Below, one piece after another: positions 48,318 to 58,297 of a DNA stretch of 64,000 nt. Source of the DNA: Mobula hypostoma (lineage: Eukaryota); NCBI RefSeq assembly GCF_963921235.1, contig NC_086097.1:157358001-157422000 (forward strand). Reading direction: 5' to 3'. A model generated the notes under the pieces. The model saw only the letters and a program-made list of their open reading frames with translations, was not told the DNA's origin and searched no databases. Every line of letters starts with the position of its first letter. Position 1 is the stretch's first letter. The translations under genes were made by a program, and so were the position numbers.

Positions 48318-50736
48318 TGTATGTGGGATTGTTTTTTGAACCAACATATCAAGGAACCAACTAGAGAACAGGCTATTCTGGACTGGGTTTTGAGCAATGA
48401 GGAAGGGTTAATTAGCAATCTTGTCGTGAGAGGCCCCTTGGGTAAGAGTGACCATAATATGTTGGAATTCTTCATTAAGATGGAGAGTGACATAGTTAAT
48501 TCAGAAACAAAGGTTCTGAACTTAAAGAGGGGTAACTTTGAAGGTATGAGACGTGAATTAGCTAAGATAGACTGGCAAATGACACTTAAAGGATTGACAG
48601 TGGATATGCAATGGCAAGCATTTAAAGGTTGCATGGATGAACTACAACAATTGTTCTCCCAGTTTGGCACAAGAATAAATCAAGGACGGTAGTGCACCCG
48701 TGGCTGACAAGAGAAATTAGGGATAGTATCAATTCCAAAGAAGAAGCATACAAATTAGCCAGAGAAAGTGGCTCACCTGAGGACTGGGAGAAATTCAGAG
48801 TTCAGCAGAGGAGGACAAAGGGCTTAATTAGGAAGGGGAAAAAAGATTATGAGAGAAAACTGGCAGGGAACATAAAAACGGACTGTAAAAGCTTTTATAG
48901 ATGTAAAAAGGAAAAGACTGGTAAAGACAAATGTAGGTCCCCCGCAGACAGAAACAGGTGAATTGATTATGGGGAGCAAGGACATGGCAGACCAATTGAA
49001 TAATTACTTTGGTTCTGTCTTCACTAAGGAGGACATAAATAATCTTCCAGAAATAGTAGGGGATAGAGGGTCCAGTGAGATGGAGGAACTGAGCAAAATA
49101 CATGTTAGTAGGGAAGTGGTGTTAGGTGAATTGAAGGGATTGAAGGCAGATAAATCCCCAGGGCCAGATGGTCTGCATCCTAGAGTGCTTAAGGAAGTAG
49201 CCCAAGAAATAGTGGATGCATTAGTGATAATTTTTCAAAACTCGTTAGATTCTGGACTAGTTCCTGAGGATTGGAGGGTGGCTAATGTAGACCCACTTTT
49301 TAAAAAAGGAGGGAGAGAGAAACCGGGGAATTATAGACCGCTTAGCCTAACGTCGGTGGTGGGGAAACTGCTGGAGTCAGTTATCAAGGATGTGATAACA
49401 GCACATTTGGAAAGCGGTGAAATCATCGGACAAAGTCAGCATGGATTTGTGAAAGGAAAATCATGTCTGACGAATCTCATAGAATTTTTTGAGGACGTAA
49501 CTAGTAGAGTGGATAGGGGAGAACCAGTGGATGTGGTATATTTGGATTTTCAAAAGGCTTTTGACAAGGTCCCACACAGGAGATTAGTGTGCAAACTTAA
49601 AGCACACGGTATTGGGGGTAAGGTATTGATGTGGGTGGAGAATTGGTTAGCAGACAGGAAGCAAAGAGTGGGAATAAACAGGACCTTTTCAGAATGGCAA
49701 GCGGTGACTAGTGGGGTACCGCAAGGCTCAGTGCTGGGACCCCAGTTGTTTACAATATATATTAATGACTTGGATGAGGGAATTAAATGCAGCATCTCCA
49801 AGTTTGCGGATGACACGAAGCTGGGTGGCAGTGTTAGCTGTGAGGACGATGCTAAGAGGGTGCAGGGTGACTTGGATAGGTTGGGTGAGTGGGCAAATTC
49901 ATGGCAGATGCAATTTAATGTGGAAAAATGTGAAGTTATCCACTTTGGTGGCAAAAATAGGAAAACAGATTATTATCTCAATGGTGGCCGATTAGGAAAA
50001 GGGGAGGTGCAACGAGACCTGGGTGTCATTATACACCAGTCATTGAAAGTGGGCATGCAGGTACAGCAGGCGGTGAAAAAGGCGAATGGTATGCTGGCAT
50101 TTATAGCGAGAGGATTCGAGTACAGGAGCAGGGAGGTACTACTGCAGTTGTACAAGGCCTTGGTGAGACCACACCTGGAGTATTGTGTGCAGTTTTGGTC
50201 CCCTAATCTGAGGAAAGACATCCTTGCCATAGAGGGAGTACAAAGAAGGTTCACCAGATTGATTCCTGGGATGGCAGGACTTTCATATGAAGAAAGACTG
50301 GATGAACTGGGCTTGTACTTGTTGGAATTTAGAAGATTGAGGGGGAATCTGATTGAAACGTATAAGATCCTAAAGGGATTGGACAGGCTAGATGCAGGAA
50401 GATTGTTCCCGATGTTGGGGAAGTCCAGAACGAGGGGCCACAGTTTGAGGATAGAGGGGAAGCCTTTTAGGACCGAGATTAGGAAAAACTTCTTCACACA
50501 GAGAGTGGTGAACCTGTGGAATTCTCTGCCACAGCAAACAGTTGAGGCCAGTTCATTTGCTATATTTAAGAGGGAGTTAGATATGGCCCTTGTGGCTACA
50601 GGGGTCAGGGGGTATGGAGGGAAGGCTGGGGCAGGGTTCTGAGTTGGATGATCAGCCATGATCATAATAAATGGCGGTGCAGGCTCGAAGGGCCGAATGG
50701 CCTACTCCTGCACCTATTTTCTATGTTTTCTATGTT
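48318..50736 (+). mobile_element. CR1 subfamily 1, 5'-truncated, very similar to 1602-4027
   Basis: Near-identical alignment by eye; TSD ttcttt at 48313-48318 and 50737-50742. Confidence 0.97.
48963..50642 (+). CDS. Uninterrupted CR1 reverse transcriptase frame (559 aa, partial ORF2, no authentic start)
   Basis: All RT motifs and the C-terminus are intact; upstream part is frameshifted near 48655 and 48900; antisense to ADGRB1; expression is unlikely. Confidence 0.6.
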   Translation: MIMGSKDMADQLNNYFGSVFTKEDINNLPEIVGDRGSSEMEELSKIHVSREVVLGELKGLKADKSPGPDGLHPRVLKEVAQEIVDALVIIFQNSLDSGLVPEDWRVANVDPLFKKGGREKPGNYRPLSLTSVVGKLLESVIKDVITAHLESGEIIGQSQHGFVKGKSCLTNLIEFFEDVTSRVDRGEPVDVVYLDFQKAFDKVPHRRLVCKLKAHGIGGKVLMWVENWLADRKQRVGINRTFSEWQAVTSGVPQGSVLGPQLFTIYINDLDEGIKCSISKFADDTKLGGSVSCEDDAKRVQGDLDRLGEWANSWQMQFNVEKCEVIHFGGKNRKTDYYLNGGRLGKGEVQRDLGVIIHQSLKVGMQVQQAVKKANGMLAFIARGFEYRSREVLLQLYKALVRPHLEYCVQFWSPNLRKDILAIEGVQRRFTRLIPGMAGLSYEERLDELGLYLLEFRRLRGNLIETYKILKGLDRLDAGRLFPMLGKSRTRGHSLRIEGKPFRTEIRKNFFTQRVVNLWNSLPQQTVEASSFAIFKRELDMALVATGVRGYGGKAGAGF

Positions 50737-52309
50737 TTCTTTCTTACTGGAACCTCTCTGTGCAGTTGATCTTTACAAATGGCTGAAATATCCAAATGTC
50801 AAATGTGGACTTGCCCCATTAACTCTCCAGTTTCATGACTAATAGACTAGTAATTCTCCCTTCTCCAATTTAATATTCTTTTGCAAGATCCATACTTATT
50901 TTTTTAAATCTGTAGCTATCTTAAAACTTAAGGATGATCGTGATTGTTGCTATCCAAGTCTTTTCCCACCAGTCAGTCACCAGGCCTGGCTCATCCCTCA
51001 ACACCAGGCCCGTATGGCCCCTCCTCTTCTTGAACTTTCTACAGATTGATTTACAAATCCCTCTTGGATGCATGAAATAAACTTTCCCTCATCTGAACCT
51101 CTTGAAACCTCCCATCCTTGCCTGGTCTGCCCTGCATACGACTCAGATCCACTAATGTGTCTCAGCTTTCCCTGCTCTCTTATTTCAACTGAGGACAAAC
51201 CATAAAATCTTGCTTTGCCAACAATAGTTGTGCTCCTTGAACCAAGCAAAAACACCAGCAGCTTCTCAAGATTGGATAATTGATAGCATCTTTGACAGGG
51301 ATGCCCAGACGGCATAATTTTCAATACAAAATAAGACAGTGTCAGTGAGGCTCAGGTAATTTACAGAGCAGAAGACAATAAAATATAGAACAGTAAAACA
51401 CAAGAACAGGTCTTTTGGCCGTTGATGTTGGATGGAACTAATCGAGCTAATTACACTAATCCCTTCTGCTTGCACATGGTCCAAATCCATTCTCTGCATA
51501 TTCAGAATGGACAAGGGTTCAAAATTGTATATGACTTTAACTTAAAAACAGAACTTGCATTCATTCTGTGTCTTATATGCTTTTAAGGCTTTCCCTCAAT
51601 AATTCACACTTAATAAAATATATACTCACAACTAATGAAACAGGTTGAAGAGCCTGTTCCTGTGCTGTACTCTTCTATTTCAAAATGTAATGTGATTAAA
51701 AAAAAATGCAGAAGCTATTTTGTATGCAGTAAAGTTCAGGAACTGAAGAAATAATGCCTAGCTTTATCCCCAGGGTTGTAGAATTAAAACCAGCCATCTT
51801 AGGTTTGAAGTGAGAGTGGAGAGATACAACAGGAATTTGAGGAGCAACATTTTTCACCTAGAGGGTGGTCAGTATATGGAATGAGCTGCCAGCATTAGTG
51901 GCTGAGGCAGGTATATCAACAATATTTAATGGATACTTGAACAGGTACTGGACATGAGCAGGAACAATTTAGATGGATATGGGTCAAATGTGGGCAAATG
52001 GGACTAGCTTAGATGGGAATCTTGGTTGACGTGGACTAGTTGAGCCTGTTTTCATACCCTGTGGCTCTAAATAATCTGTTTTGATCCAATTTGTTAAGGA
52101 ATAAATGCTGGATTAAGACAGTGAAAACACAAATTTGTTGAAGAACCGTAAGTGGAACAGACCGGATGGTTCTTTACATTCCTACAATTATTACTATCAC
52201 AAATGGTGGCATTGTCCATTAGTGTTAAAAGTTACACTTTCACACATACTCAAGATGGCAAACAGATTAATACATCATCATAGAGAATCTCTGAAGATAC
52301 AACACTTCA

Positions 52310-53062
52310 CCATCACAGGCCTCCTCACTAATCTCCCTCCTGGCCCGTTCACATCCTCCCTCACTTCCATTCAGGGCCCCAAACAGTCCTTCCAAGTGAG
52401 GCAACATTTCACCTGCAAATCTGCTGGGGGTCATCCATTGTATCTGGTGATCCCAATGCGGCCTCCTCTACACTGGTGAGACCCATCGTAAATCAGAGGA
52501 CTGCTTCATTGAGCACTTTTGCTCCATCCGCCAAAAGCGAAACTTCCTGGTGGCCAACATTTTAATACCAATTCCCATTCCTATTCTGACATGTCAGGCC
52601 ATGGCCTCCTCTTGTGTCAAGTGAGGCCACCCTCAGGGTAAAATAGCAATACCTTATATTCCATCTGGGTAGCCTCCAACCTGATGGCATATCGATTTCT
52701 CCTTCCAGTAAAAAAATCTCCTGCCCCCTCCCCCACCCCTTCTTCTATTCCTCACTCTGGCCTCTTATCTCTTCTCACCTGCCTATCACCCCGCCCTGGG
52801 TCCCTTCCTCCTTCTCTTTCTCCTGTGGTTCACTCTCCTCTCCTATCATGTTCCTTCCTCTCCAGCCCTTCATCTTTCCTACCCACCTGGCTTCACCTTT
52901 CACCTTCTAGCTATCCTCCTTCTTGTTCCCCATCTTTCTATGCTGGTGGCTTGCCCCTTCCTTTCCAGTCCTCAAGAACAGTCCAGCCTGAAACATCAAA
53001 TGATTACTCATTTCCATCGATGCTGCCTGACCTGCGAAGATCCTGCAGCATATTGTGTGAGC
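52310..53062 (+). mobile_element. Penelope-like element 3' fragment (GIY-YIG region and terminal repeat), apparently inserted in an old minus-strand SINE
   Basis: TSIQGPKQSFQVRQHFTCKSAG...CGLLYTGET; degenerate core ctcaaga...gaaacatc; SINE head remnant at ~53065-53168. Confidence 0.88.
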
Positions 53063-54700
53063 TACAATGAAATGTTAGCTTAGGCTATGTGTTGAAGTCT
53101 CTGCAGTGGGCCTTCAATTCATGACCTTTTAATTCAGAAGTGGGCGTACTGCTGTAAAGCCAAGGCTAGCATACCTAATTTCACACTCAGAACATGCTCA
53201 GCAGGCAATTAATTAGTTTCTGTAAACATGAATGCCAACAAAGATCTATTATTATAAAAATATATATTGAAGTAAATGCACCACTAGCGAGGCTTTAATT
53301 GAAGTGCACAAAAGACAATGGTTTTGGCAAGTTTGTATTTTCCCCTGGAAAGTGGTCTGATAATTTCCATAGTTGACTATCATATTTTCCCCCAAAAACC
53401 ATACATCTTGACACCATCCCATCAAGTCGACTTCCCAGCTACATAACAGGGGTCATCACCAAGGTCAACTCCTTTCACTGTTGAACATTCGCAATTCTCT
53501 GATTGAACTTAATTAATGACAATATTACTATTGAGATATTAAGATAGGCAACTAACACAGTAAAAGCAAAGTTCAGGGATGTGATTTTGACAAGTTTTGG
53601 AATTTTTTTTGGATTGTCTTTCATTAATCAGGGAAATAAGTTTAAAGAGATTTGTATTTGTCCTCTGATTTGGCTGAAGTGCTTTTTCAAATAACCTACA
53701 TTTCAAAGAAAAACTTTGTTGAATCAATCAAAATTCTCTTGTGAGGTCTCTCAAGGTATTAAACATTGACTAGTGGTGTAACGTAGACATAAATGTTCGG
53801 GTACCAGCAAGTCACAATACATATATGGAAGAGGGGATTGAATATATTTCTATGTTTGCAAATAGCACAACACTGAGTGTAATTTTGAGCTTTGAGGAGG
53901 ATACAAACAGGTTCAAGGAGATTTGGGCAAACTGAGTGAATGGGCTCATACTTAGCTACAATGGCCCTTTGTCTTCAACTCTCCAATGGTCATGGTTACA
54001 AAGGATATGTATCAGATATATGTATACATGTCTAATGTATATGGTACATTTGACATGCATGTCAAATCTATGGAACACACTGAAGCCAATGCATCAATAT
54101 AATATGTCCAATGTATTGTACAGATTTATCCAATGTAGCCATTAGATGTATATCAGAAATGCATCCAATATATCTAATTTATCCAGGGGAAAGGTATAAA
54201 TGTGAAATTATGCACTAAAAACATTGAAAGATAGTATGCTGATTACTGAGGGATTGGGAAATCCTGATGTACAAAGGAATCTGTATACCAGCCACTAAAA
54301 ACAAACCTGCTGTTTAAGAAAACAAATGGTATATTGGCCCACATTGCAAGAGATTCAGAATACAGAAGCACAAATGTCTTCCAAGAGTTATACAAGGCTT
54401 TTAGCACACACCTGAAGAGTTATATGTAGTTCTGGAATCCTTTTCTAAAAGCCTGTACTTGTCACAGAGGGAATGCAATGAAAAGTTCACTAGACTAACT
54501 TTTGGGATGGAGGAAGTGAACCACTGGAGAATGAGAACGTCACTCTTGTAGCTGCAAACCAAATCATTATTATGACGAGATAGCATGTATAATTTGCAGT
54601 GAAGCTGTGACAATAATTTATGGCCATATGGACTACATGGGTAATGCAGAAAGGGTTTTGAATTTATGAGCCCTCTTGGATTACAGATACCCATTCTTAC

Positions 54701-54805
54701 TTTGTTGTCCACTGTTGGAGATTCTCTATCTTTCTCAGCGTGCTGAAGCTTCCTGTTTAGATCCTGAAACATGTCCTGATGCCGTTTTCTTGTGTGCATT
54801 ATTTT
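54701..54805 (-). CDS. ADGRB1: ADGRB1 penultimate coding exon (105 nt)
   Basis: [35 protein letters not shown]; acceptor tcttgctttcaatctctag, donor gtaaga; phase 0/0. Confidence 0.95.
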
Positions 54806-54901
54806 CTAGAGATTGAAAGCAAGACATCAGTTAAGATGCAGCTGAGTGCACCTGGTACAGAATCAACACTTAAAGCAGTGAACTTAGCAGAAAGGGCTCA
54901 C

Positions 54902-54937
54902 CTCAAAGTCTAATTCGGCGTATCTAGATTTTCTTCT
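54902..54937 (-). CDS. ADGRB1: ADGRB1 36-nt coding exon
   Basis: RRKSRYAELDFE; acceptor tttgttttccag, donor gtgagc; joins in frame to KIMHTRKR as in BAI1. Confidence 0.93.
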
Positions 54938-56171
54938 CTGGAAAACAAATTGGACAATTAGTAACATCTTTTTAGAAATAAATAGCAAATTACGATCCAG
55001 ATGGGGCAACTAATCTATTAAATCTACTTAAATCTATTTTAACAATCACAACTCCACTTCATCGTTGTCATCGTAATGTTTTTGGAGTTTCTTCATTAGG
55101 TTTTACCACGTTGTGAGGAGCCAGGGGAGATTTGGATAATGCCAAGCCTTCGAAAGTATTCTCTAATCTTGAAAATCCAAAAACATTTTGCTCAGATTGA
55201 CAAAAAGAACTTCTTTTTCACTGGGTAATCGGTATGGCACTATGCTTAATCATTTTAGGCAATCTCAAGTCAATTCCTTGATGAAGTGGCCGTAGCACAC
55301 TTTGTCTTGGCAATCTCATTCAGATCTGCTACAGGATAGCTGATGAGTGAAATTAGATATTATTCTGCTACAGCAAGAGACATTTGGAGCTTAATCAGAG
55401 ATGTTTTGTTGGCACAGAACTTCACTCTGCATCTAATTGTGTAAAACCTGACCCGAGAATACTTCATGCTGACACTGATTTTTCGAAAGAAAGTGTTGAC
55501 TTAACTTTCTTGACAAACACAGCAACAAAAAAAAATTAAAAGAACTCAGATGTAAAAGGTTATTGAAATAAGTCTTTGTAAAATGAGAAAACACTACATA
55601 ACACTTTTCATTTCCCCAGACACATAACACAAAGACATAAATCATTCTGGAATGCTGACCACATCACTTCAAGCAGATGTCACTTTCAATATAATGGTAC
55701 TCCATACAAAAGCATTTTACAAAGCACTTACTCAGGGAGATAGTGGTCTGAAGTCATTTTGGGTCAAAGCACAATGATAGATGTAAAAGGATTATATTAT
55801 ATAAAGCAGATCAGGGTTTGAACTGGGGAGGAATGAGCCCTGTAAAGTAGCTGCTTCAAAGTGACACTGAGGTTGATGGATCAGGATCCTCTCCAACACT
55901 GTTCCTTTGCTTTCTCTTTTATTCTGCAAGCCATAACTCAAGTATATTTAATAATGTCTACAGATAGTCAAAGGTTCTTCAGGTTCAAGGTGATCAGGTT
56001 TAAACAGCTCAAATTCTTAATAATTTACTGTCAGTAATGTACTTTGTTAGATTTACGTGAAAACTCTAGTTAAATGATAATGACTTGTGATCTTAGTTGG
56101 CACCGACCCATCCAAATTACAACCACAGGTACACTAATCTTTCAACCGAGGACAGAAGTTACTGAATAATT

Positions 56172-56398
56172 CTAGAACACAGAGCACAGAAAATCTACAG
56201 CATGTTACAGGCACTTCAGCCCGCAATGTTGTGCTGACCATGTAACCTACTCTAGAAACTGCCTAGAATTTCCCTACTGCATAACCCTCTATTTTTCTAA
56301 GCTCCATGTACCTACCTAAGAGTCTCTTAAAAGACCCTGTTGTATCCGCCTCCATCACCATTTCTGACAGTGCATTCCATTCCACGCACCCATCACCA
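56172..56398 (-). mobile_element. CR1 subfamily 2-like 3' end
   Basis: Reverse complement aligns with 47460-47670 and 27330-27540. Confidence 0.85.
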
Positions 56399-56523
56399 CT
56401 AATTCTAATGAAGGATCATGACTGTGAAACACTTAACTTTGCTTCTCTCTAAACATCTATTGCCTAACTTGATGAATATTTCAAGCACTTCGTTTTAATT
56501 CAGATTGCCAGTACCTGCAATTG

Positions 56524-56696
56524 ATACGTAAACACGGGGAATTCTGCAGATGCTAGAAATTCAAGCAACACACATCAAAGTTGCTGCTGAACGCAGCAGG
56601 CCAGGCAGCATCTCTAGGAAGAGGCACAGTCGACATTTCGGGCCGAGACCCTTCGTCAGGACTAACTGAAGGAAGAGCTAGTAAGAGATTTGAAAG
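56524..56696 (-). mobile_element. Solo PLE terminus (~170 bp) with 11-nt TSD
   Basis: Nearly identical to 38774-38917; acctgcaattg duplicated at 56513-56523 and 56697-56707; inserted at the end of an older related remnant (56400-56520). Confidence 0.88.
56628..56663 (-). ncRNA. Minimal type I hammerhead ribozyme motif
   Basis: AGUC-CUGACGA-AGGG(ucucgg)CCC-GAAA-UG-UC^GACU; core intact, helix II closes with A-C or a bulged A, helix III has a U-G pair. Confidence 0.65.
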
Positions 56697-57304
56697 ACCT
56701 GCAATTGTTGTTGTTTGCTTTTCAGTACTCAAATTGCGAGCGAAGGTTTGGTACTATTGTAACTGATAATGCTAGTGTGACAATACTGACTCCAAATCTA
56801 GTGACCACCAGAGGGGTGCCAGAAATGGGCTTAAATTTTGGTCTACAAATATTACTCACATTCTTCTTGGAATGTGTCTCTTAATTCTTATAAGATTTAT
56901 GCAATTCATGGCCATTCATTTCTTCAATGCCTTGTTTCAAAAATAATTTTTGCGTCATCTTAGCATTGAAATTGAAGGCTTAAAAGCCATAATAGACACA
57001 TTTTATGACCATACCAATGATATGTGACCCCTCATCACCCAATCTCCAACTCTTAGCATATTTGATTACATCCACCTTCTTCTAAAATGGTATGTCCATT
57101 GGTTAATCAATTTCATAATCTTCAATGTTTTTACTAAAACTAGCTCATCTCTTCCAATGGCTTCTATTCTTGCTCTTTCATTGTTGCCTCCAAACCCATC
57201 AAAGGTCAGTAACATCACGCAAAAATCCAGCATTATGTTTCACTAATATCCAACTCCATGTCAGGAAAGGCACAGTCACTCCTTCCAATGTCCACTAACT
57301 TGAT

Positions 57305-58297
57305 TAAGATTCAGGTTTAGTATCACTGGCCTATGCCATGAAGTTTGTTGTTTTGTGGCAACAGTACATTGCAATAATTAAAAAAAGACTATAAATTACT
57401 AGTACATTAAAAAATATTAAATTAAATAACTAATTCAAACACAGAGGGGAAAATACTATGGTAGTGTTTATGGATTCATTGTCCATTCAGAAATCTGATG
57501 GCAGAGGGGAAGAAGTTGTTCCTAAGTTCTCCTCAATGGCAGCAATAAAAAGAGGGCATGCCTTGGGCGGTTTGGGTCCTTAATGATGGATGTTGCCTTT
57601 CTGAGGCATTGTCTCTTGAAGGTGCCCTGGATGTAGGGCAGGCTAGTGCCCATAATGAACCTGGCTGAGCTGACAACTTTCTACAGCTTTTTCTGATCCT
57701 TTGCAGTGGCCACTCCATACCAGATGGTGATGAAATCAGTTTGAATGCTCTCCATAGTACATGTGTAGAAATTTGTGAATATCTCTGGTGATGTACCAAT
57801 TCTCCTCAAACTCCGAATGAAATACAGCTGCTGTCGCGTCTTCTTTGTTATTGTATTAATACGTTGGGCCCTGCATAAATTCTCAGAAATGTTGACACCC
57901 AATAACTTGAAAATGCTCACTCTTTACACTTCTGAAACCTTGATGAGGACTGGTGTGTGTTCTCTCAACTCAATTTTCCCTTCCTGAAGTCCACAATCAA
58001 TTCCTTGGTCTTAATGACATTGAGTGCAAGGTTGTTGCTGTGACACCACTCAACCAGCTGATCTATCTCACCCCTGTACATCGTCACCATCTGAAATTCT
58101 GCCAACAATAGTTGTGTCATTGATAAGTTTATGGATGGCATTTGAGCAGTGCCCGCCACAGAATCATGAACGTAGAGAGAGTGGAGCAGTGGGGTAAGCA
58201 CACATCTTTGAAGTACACCAGTGTTGATTGTCAGAGAGGAGGAGATGTTATTTCTTATCTGTATAGACTGTGGTCTGCTGGAGAGGAAGTCAAGGAT
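57305..58297 (-). mobile_element. Rex1/Babar-like LINE RT 3' portion
   Basis: LVEWCHSNNLALNVIKTKELIVDFRK and KKTRQQLYFIRSLRRIG...FYTCTMESI motifs; internally deleted. Confidence 0.88.

Larger units (their letters stand above)
44965..51060 (-). mobile_element. Old CR1 host broken by nested insertions (host pieces ~44965-45353, 46008-46465, 47673-48318, 50737-51060)
   Basis: MLAFISRGTEFKS..LEYC..WLPYHRKDMEALER; pieces are collinear across duplications aatact, taccttcatc and ttcttt. Confidence 0.85.

Noticed and set aside
54401..54700. Extension of the 132-aa ORF beyond DNK
   Set aside because: Read-through past a strong gtaaga donor into the intron and an old CR1; no BAI1 similarity.
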